A DNA stretch of 30,434 nt, taken from NCBI GenBank assembly GCA_023515725.1, contig JALDTO010000128.1, positions 1-30,434 on the forward strand, in the 5' to 3' direction. The notes below the pieces were generated by a model, which saw only the letters and a list, made by a program, of their open reading frames with translations, made no database searches and was not told the DNA's origin. Positions 23,564 through 30,434 of this stretch are shown here, piece by piece (within the stretch, counting starts at the first letter, position 1; the number at the start of each line of letters is the position of its first letter). The DNA comes from Amoeboaphelidium protococcarum X5. Lineage: Eukaryota; Fungi; Aphelidiomycota. The translations under genes were made by a program, and so were the position numbers.

Positions 23564-25084
23564 TCAATTCATAGAGTCTTAGTCAGAAGTGAGCTTGTCA
23601 CTAGATGATGAACTCTGCATTGCACCAGACGGGGCAGAGGCTTTCTGAGGAGACATTCGTTTCCTAGAGTGAATAGACGTATTATCTTCTTGATCTTTCG
23701 CAACTTTCTGCTTCAACTTCTCCATTTTGATCTCCAGTGGCCGCTCCTTCTCGTAATAGGGAATCTGTGCCGACACCTGATTTTCATGATCAGTCTAACT
23801 TCCTTACACGGCCATCTCAATATAGTCGTACGCTTTTTCACCCAGTTCAGCCTTATCAGTTCCTTCGATTTCGCGATCAATACTCAAACGCAGTTTCATA
23901 TATGGCAAATGGTTCATAATAAAACAGATTAAATAAGTTATACAGAATGACCAGAAAAATCCCACCAACGTTCCGACAATCTAGTATCCCATTAACACAT
24001 AATTACCATCAATCCAACCACCATCGCTCTCTATGCCATCAAGTGCTACAATCTTCTTGCTAGCAAAGAACGCCGTCAATGTATTTCCAACTATTCCGCC
24101 CACACCGTGAACTCCAAATACGTCTAGTGCGTCATCAAAGTGGAATGATCTCTTGAATGTGAGGAACATATTACATGCAGATGCGCCGCAAATTCCAAAG
24201 ATCAATGATGACCACACAGGAATGTATCCACAGGCAGGAGTAACTGATACAAGACCACTGACCATACCACTACAAAAGGCAAACGCGGAGAATTTTTACT
24301 AATGTCTATAATCAAGTAACACCCAAGTCAAACCACCTGCACAAGCAGCCAGATTAGTATTGACAAAGGCCAGAGATGCGCGACTATTAACGGCAAGCTC
24401 AGATCCACCGTTGAATCCAAACCATCCAAAGTACAGAAATACTGTGCCCAAGAACACTGACGATAAGTTGTGTGGTTTAAAATGTTCAGCACCACCAAAT
24501 CCGTGCCTTTGTTTAAGAGACAGACTCATTGCCAAACCAGCAGCACCTGATGCAATATGCACAGGAGTGCCACCAGCGAAATCTAAACTTCCCATCTTAT
24601 GCAGCCATCCATTAGGCGCCCAGGTCCAGTATGCAATGATATCATACACCAGCGTTGACCAGATGAAGAGAAAAAATATCGTGGGAAAGATGCGCAATCT
24701 CTCAGCCGCTGCACCCAAGGCAAGACATGGAGTAATGGCAGCAAACATCCCCTGAAATGCCATAAACACCGGCAATGGAATATTTGGAGCAGAAGGATAA
24801 ACTGTATCTGCGGAATCGAATACTCCCATCAGGAATGCATGTTTCATATTTCCGATAAAAGGTCCACCATCGGGAGAGAATGCAATACTGAAACCCCACA
24901 TGAACCATTAGATGCTAATCACAGCCAGACTGAGTACGGAGAGAAAGAGCAGGGAAAGAGCATTTTTATGTCTTGCCAATCCAGAGTAAAAATATCCTAC
25001 GCCGGGGATCATTAACATTACCAAAGCTGTTGAAACCATCACCCAAGCTGTATCACCACTGTTAATCAAAGAGGGAGATGACAT
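23564..25084 (-). CDS. MEP: Ammonium transporter, Mep/Amt family (506 aa)
   Basis: GDTAWVMVSTALVMLMIPG, I(TAA=Q)WFMWGFS, FQGMFAAIT, LDFAGGTPVHIASG, FGWFGFNGGS, DDALDVFGVHGVGG; single frame to TGA at 23564-23566. Confidence 0.96.
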
Positions 25085-25474
25085 CTTTATGATCAACGGG
25101 ATTAGAATATCAATCTAGAACAGTGGGCAGCGAGATTTGTAATCTTATATTTAGATGATGAAATAAAAGGTTGACAATTGATCTACCTTCAATGTTTATC
25201 ACAGCAAAAAGAGATAAAGATAGCTTTGTTGTTACATGGAAGTTTAATCGATCAACAAACGAATAAAAGCGTGAAAATTCCTCGCCGAAAGTGGCTGAAA
25301 CGGTGATCGGTCACACATGGATCGTCGAGGAAAAGCTTAAAATAACCCATGGCAAATTTCATTGAAGTAGTTCAGGCATTAAAGGGCGATGTTAAGAATG
25401 TAGGAATATAATTTAAATGGCTCGGGTATTACAGTACTAAAATTATTCGATTTATTTGAGTCTAATCGTCCCAC

Positions 25475-27724
25475 TCAATTCTTGGAGACGGCTTGAGACT
25501 TCTCTGATTTCTACTTGGCTTACTTTTAATCCTTTCCTTTAGCTTTAGACTTTGCAGCACCTTCACCGGAAGCTAAATTATTACTACTACTGTCACCACC
25601 ACCAAACTTCTTTTGCAACTACTTAATCAATGCATCATCAACGCGCTTGAACAATGGGAACGGTGTACCGATACGGTGTCCGGCCTAAAGATTAAATTCA
25701 AAACTGAGTGGGATCATGATGCAAGTTGCATTGAGTTGCTTTAACAAATCAGCGTTGACACTTGGCATGAACGGATAGCACAGCATCGCAATCAGGTATA
25801 TCAAATTGACCGCAACGTGTAAAGCAGAGTCCGCCTTCTTCTTATCCGTCAGCATCAGCGTATTGTCTAATTTGACTTCCTGTAGAAAGGTGTTACCATG
25901 ATGAGAAATGTCCATAATGCATCGCAATGCCTAACGCTGCTTTGACAATTCCATACATTGATGATACTCTTTCAAGAGAGTGGCTACTCCAGAGAGAAGC
26001 TTATCAAATTCTGCAACACTCAGACAGCCCTTGTCCAGTGAAGGCACAATAGATCCACATTTGGCCTAGATGAACTTTAGCGTGCGATTAACGAAATTTC
26101 CTAAATTTGCCAACAGCTCGCCATTACTTCTCATTGCCAATTCTGACCAACTGAAAGAGCTATCATTAGTTTCTGGCCTGATGGAAAGCAGATAGTATCT
26201 AAATACACTAATCGGTATATCCAGACCGATTACATCTGTTCCAAACACACCAACACCTCTGCTCTTACTAAACTTGTCTCCTTCGTAATTCAAATACTCT
26301 GTCGTATTAAGGTGATGCAACATGGTCCATGGTTACTTGGTTCCCAAGAGAATACCGGGAAATATGACAGTGTGGAAGGGAACATTATCCTTACCCATAA
26401 ACTAGTACAATTTCACATCTAAATTCTAATCAGCTGATGATTGCTACCACCATTTCAAGTACTAGTCCGTATAATTGGCAGTGATACTAATGTACCCGAT
26501 CGGAGCATCAAACCACACATAGAACACTTTTCCTTCATAATCCTTTAATGGCACCGGAGTACCCCATTTCAGATCCCTGGTAATACACCGATTCTTGAGC
26601 GGATCCTTCAACCAGTTCTCGGTAATCTAAATACCATTTACGGTCCACTGTCCTGATTGACTACTCTCGGTGCAAAATTTTTAAATCTAATCCTGCAATT
26701 CAGGCAGCTTCAAGAACAAGTGCTTAGAATCTCTCAGCACAGGAGTAGAATTACAAGTTTTACAGTGAGGATTAATCAGCTCCGTGGCATTAAGCAATTT
26801 ACCGCATCCATCACACTAATCACCACGGGCATCTGCGTATCCACACAGTGGACACTGGCCAATAACATAACGATCTGACAGGAATCTGTTATCATTGTCA
26901 CAATACAACTGAACCATGGTATCACTCTCAACTTGACTATTGGCGTGTATCTACTTGAAGATATCCTAACTGATCTCAGAGTGCTTCTGCGTAGTAGTTC
27001 TACCAAAATAATCAAAGTCAATCTCGAAAGCGTCATACACCTGCTTGTGTAGAGCATGGAACTTATCACAAAGCTCCTGACACGACACTCCCTCTTCCAA
27101 CGCTTTGACTTCAGTCGTAGTACCATACTCATCAGTTCCGCAGACATAGCACGTATTCCATCCTCTTAATCTGGAATAACGCGCAAACACGTCAGCAGAT
27201 AGCACACATCCAATAAGATTACCTAAATGAGGCACGTTGTTCACATACGGCAGAGCACTAGTGATTAAAATATTCTTCTCGCCAGCCACAGGTAGAACGA
27301 GCTGCTTCTTAGGATTGTATTCTGGCTGCGCCAACTTTCTCATGGATGATATATCTGTATGAGCTTTAATAGTCTCGTCTATTGATTTAAATTACGCTTC
27401 CGGAACAACCTGCTCTGGCTTGAGCAAGATTTCAATCAGCGGATGCTTATACTCTGATCCTGCACCAGATAGCACCAAAGATAGCGCCTGAGATAGTTAA
27501 AAATCGCACGGATCCACGTCCAATAAATTTCGCAGAATAGCCACGTAATCAAATAAAACCATCCCACCTTGATGGAGAACCAAAGTAGGACTAGGATACT
27601 AAGGCAGTTGCACATTGCCGATCTTGAACGGGCGCTTACTCAAATGAAGAGCAATCAAGATGCTCCTACTTTAACGCAACTACTATTCGGTCGGATCAAT
27701 AGGCAAAATTAATGTATCAAACAT
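25475..27724 (-). CDS. MES1: Cytosolic methionyl-tRNA synthetase (749 aa)
   Basis: [19 protein letters not shown] (HIGH motif), DARGD(TAG=Q)CDGCG, Y(TAG=Q)[15 protein letters not shown] (KMSKS motif); N-terminal extension and Lys-rich C-terminal tail; TGA at 25475-25477. Confidence 0.96.
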
Positions 27725-28093
27725 GATGCAATCAGATAGATATATGGAGCTTAAGGAAATTATATTAATAAAACAGTTTAGCTTAGTGAATTATTGCTAT
27801 AATGTTGTAATTCTCGGTTGAAGATGGTGCAGAACAAAGAGATTCGAAAAACGGTTTCTTGTCGGAAAAGTTTTCGCGTCGCGCTGTCTTTGTGGGATTT
27901 CCAACTGATGTAAAGAGAAGGGGGAGAACCGTATCTTTGCGGTATAGTCTTGTAGAAGAATTATACCAAATTCGAAAATTAATAACATTTTAAAAACATT
28001 TGCTTTATTTACAACTGGTTATAATCATTATTCAATTATTTAACATTTATGTATATACAATTTCAGCATGATCAACTCATTGAAGACTTTACT

Positions 28094-28588
28094 TCAAACA
28101 AAGTTGGTGCGGGAAGGAGGAGGACAAGACCACGGTCGTACTTTCTCACCGCGTTGGAGCTCCTCTATCGCTGAATTCAAGCTGGAGTGACGCGACTGCA
28201 AGGACTCAAACAGATCTTGAGAGGAGGAGCCTTGAATGTCCAAGCAGTCGACGCGAGCAAACCAAGGCAACATCTGGTTATCAAATGAGGAGGATTCTTC
28301 GCTTACAAAGGACTGATAAGATGCCTCGCTATCATAACTTGCCACGGAGGAGGTTCTACTTCTAGTACCAGACAGCATGTGTGGCAGCTCAGCAAAGCCT
28401 TCATCCAGCTCTGGTGGTGGATGAACGACAATGATGGGGATGATAAGGTTCTTTTTAAAGTCAGACCCAGTGACTTGAAAGTAACGACACTAGTCTCTTT
28501 TAGCAACTTGGGCCTTCTTGGAGCCAATCACGCGCTTGACAAACTTGGAGACACGTTTCAACACAGACCTTATACGTTTTGCAATCAT
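28094..28588 (-). CDS. Small orphan protein (164 aa) with a basic amphipathic N-terminus and Ser-rich region
   Basis: MIAKRIRSVLKRVSKFVKRVIGSKK...IIPIIVVHPP...SRTSSVASYDSE...; TGA-free from ATG 28588 to TGA 28094-28096; N-terminus is conserved in a second copy at 29712. Confidence 0.65.
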
Positions 28589-29730
28589 TTTTTGTTGGTA
28601 ATGCTTTTTATTGACAGATTGCTTCGGGCGGATGTTTAGACTAGATTCCAAATCGGGGCAACTTTTTTAGATCTTGCACATTAATTACAGTCGTTGTATT
28701 ATTGATTTTACTATCAACCCGTGGTATGGCCAAGAAATACCAGGTACACTTGATGTAGATTCACTCTCATTGATATTGTAAACAGAAACTTCAACACATA
28801 TAAAGGATTCCCGGTGCCAAAAGCCGCAGGATGCAATCCAGTCAGAGCGGTGTAATCTTCGTCTCGAACGTTCCACTGCTATAGATCATTAGAGACGTTC
28901 GCGTACGTTATGTAATATTTTATGGTGGACTTCTTTGCCATCATGGATGCCTAAAACATTCCATTACCATGGTACCTTCCAACCAATTATACATTCCTCT
29001 GGGCAGCATAATACTCTAGTCTTCACTCCACTCCAGGCGTGCTTCAACAAGTTCATTTGCCAATGTGGCCGCCAAGCCAAAGTCCGGCTAAATCTTATTC
29101 TCTCCTGCATTGCTGGATTTACCAAAGAGACAGACCAACGCGCGACCAGAATCACCACCAGCACATGTAGCCTTGTCATATACGAGTTAATCAGGACCGG
29201 TGTGTCCATTAGTATTGATGGCCGGATCCAGAGTGAACTGCGCGAGTTCTCCATCAGGTATGTTCTCCTTGTCAATACTTGATTTCGTTCTCCTATTATA
29301 GGCAGCGTAGCAAACGGTGCATAATTGTGGCTCTGATGTCCTAAACACGTCCACATCTCTTGAGCAGTGTTGACATATGACGAAGTTGGACTCAAGCAAC
29401 AGCTGCTTTACCGTGATATAACGGTTGATATACGGCCGGAAGTCTGTTTTCGCGGAGAATTGGTAAAGTGCTTCACTGTCGTCGCTAGTACAAGTATATT
29501 TCACCATAGAGAATATTTCCGTTGTCCAAATTCAAGAGCTTTCCTAAAACTCTTAACTCATAATTGTCGATATGACTTAAATTGATGGATCTGAGATATG
29601 TAACTTCAGTACTTACGAGCCAAGCAGTCTTCCCTTCTTACATTGTGCCAAACACGCGCTTGACAAACTTGGAGACGCGCTTAACATCAAACTTGATATT
29701 AAATGCGAACATGACGGTGGTAATGCTTTT
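28529..29730. repeat. Dispersed direct repeat of a gene 5' end (offset about 1124 bp)
   Basis: CACGCGCTTGACAAACTTGGAGAC is identical at 28529-28552 and 29653-29676; TGGTAATGCTTTT at 28596-28608 and 29718-29730; ATGs at equivalent positions (28588, 29712). Confidence 0.88.
28941..29507 (-). CDS. Hypothetical 188-aa ORF with CxxC-x14-CxxC, possibly a pseudogene fragment
   Basis: TGA-free from ATG 29507 to TGA 28941-28943; contains CQHC...CTVC; no family recognised. Confidence 0.35.
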
Positions 29731-30434
29731 GCAGCTTGTTTGCTCTAAAGCAGATAGTTATATAAACTTAGTAAGACTTTTCAGGTTGACGCTTTTATTG
29801 GAAGGTGTATTCCATTGTTCAGAAGCATATCAATCCCAAACCACAATATTTTCAGCTTAAGCTAAATCCCAATGTTCTCAGCTTGATGTTTCATTTTACT
29901 GTAATTCCAGCAATCACCACTAACAAGCTCCTCCATGTCAAATACAAGCTGGAACCTTCAAATAGGATAGCCAACTTTTCCTCAGTGTACTAATACACAA
30001 CAGAGACTAGTATAATCTGCCAGTTTTAACTCTTTGTAACAACACAGCAACAATAATTCAACTACACCTTATACGCCAAAGATTCATGTATAAACAGAGC
30101 TGTATTCTGTTCTTAAACACAGTGCAGCAGCAATCAATAATATTGTTATAACAATTACTACTGTTGACCAAAGTAAAATAGAGAGAGAGGAGATGAGCGG
30201 TGGCACCTGACAAAACAGAACGCGCGTTAATGATGGTATCAACCAAAGTCAAACGAGATGATCACAATGATGGTTGCAAAGGAGGATGACACTTACGCGT
30301 ATAATTCGACAACTGAGTGAAAACTTTTTACACTGTCTTAATCTAAGCACCGCCGAACAAAAACAGCCCTTTTGTTGATTCAACCGCGATTTCAGTCGAG
30401 AGAGGAGAGGTAGACACGCAGCAGAATGAGGTAC

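Noticed and set aside
24360-24755. 131-aa plus-strand ORF
   Set aside because: Antisense to the ammonium transporter.
3874-27724. Mass pseudogenisation or many tiny introns as the cause of fragmented ORFs
   Set aside because: Interruptions are only TAA/TAG, stay in frame, and fall on conserved Gln in essential genes such as MetRS and NLE1.
29780-30434. Short ORFs and ATGATG/CTGA motifs at the window end
   Set aside because: No convincing long frame or box C/D architecture found; looks intergenic.
1-30434. Prokaryotic or phage origin with stop-codon recoding, CRISPR or operons
   Set aside because: Genes are eukaryote-specific (RFX, DOP1, TBCD, REEP), there is a spliceosomal intron and a CCA-less Pol III tRNA, and no repeat-spacer array is present.

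Overview
Compact, nearly intron-free nuclear DNA from a fungus-related eukaryote that uses a non-standard genetic code: TAA and TAG encode Gln and TGA is the only stop (translation table 6). This is why the supplied ORF track is fragmented. Re-reading with TAR=Gln gives long single-frame genes: METTL27-like methyltransferase, metaxin/Sam37-like, REEP (one 60-nt intron), NLE1/RSA4, ribokinase, DOP1, an RFX transcription factor, a secreted alpha/beta-hydrolase-fold protein, a Swi5/Ace2/Crz1-like zinc-finger factor, TBCD, an ammonium transporter, cytosolic MetRS and a small orphan. There is also a tRNA-Glu(TTC) and a 630-bp non-autonomous PIF/Harbinger transposon (16-bp TIRs, TTA TSD, decayed Myb/SANT fragment). 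The code plus fungal-like proteins suggest an aphelid such as Amoeboaphelidium (inference). Other signals worth a look: a cluster of X-box sites upstream of RFX itself, an excess of Gln/TAR codons just before TGA stops, acceptor-stem mismatches at tRNA positions 1 and 3, and a duplicated gene start fused to an unrelated decayed ORF. All translations were done by hand.
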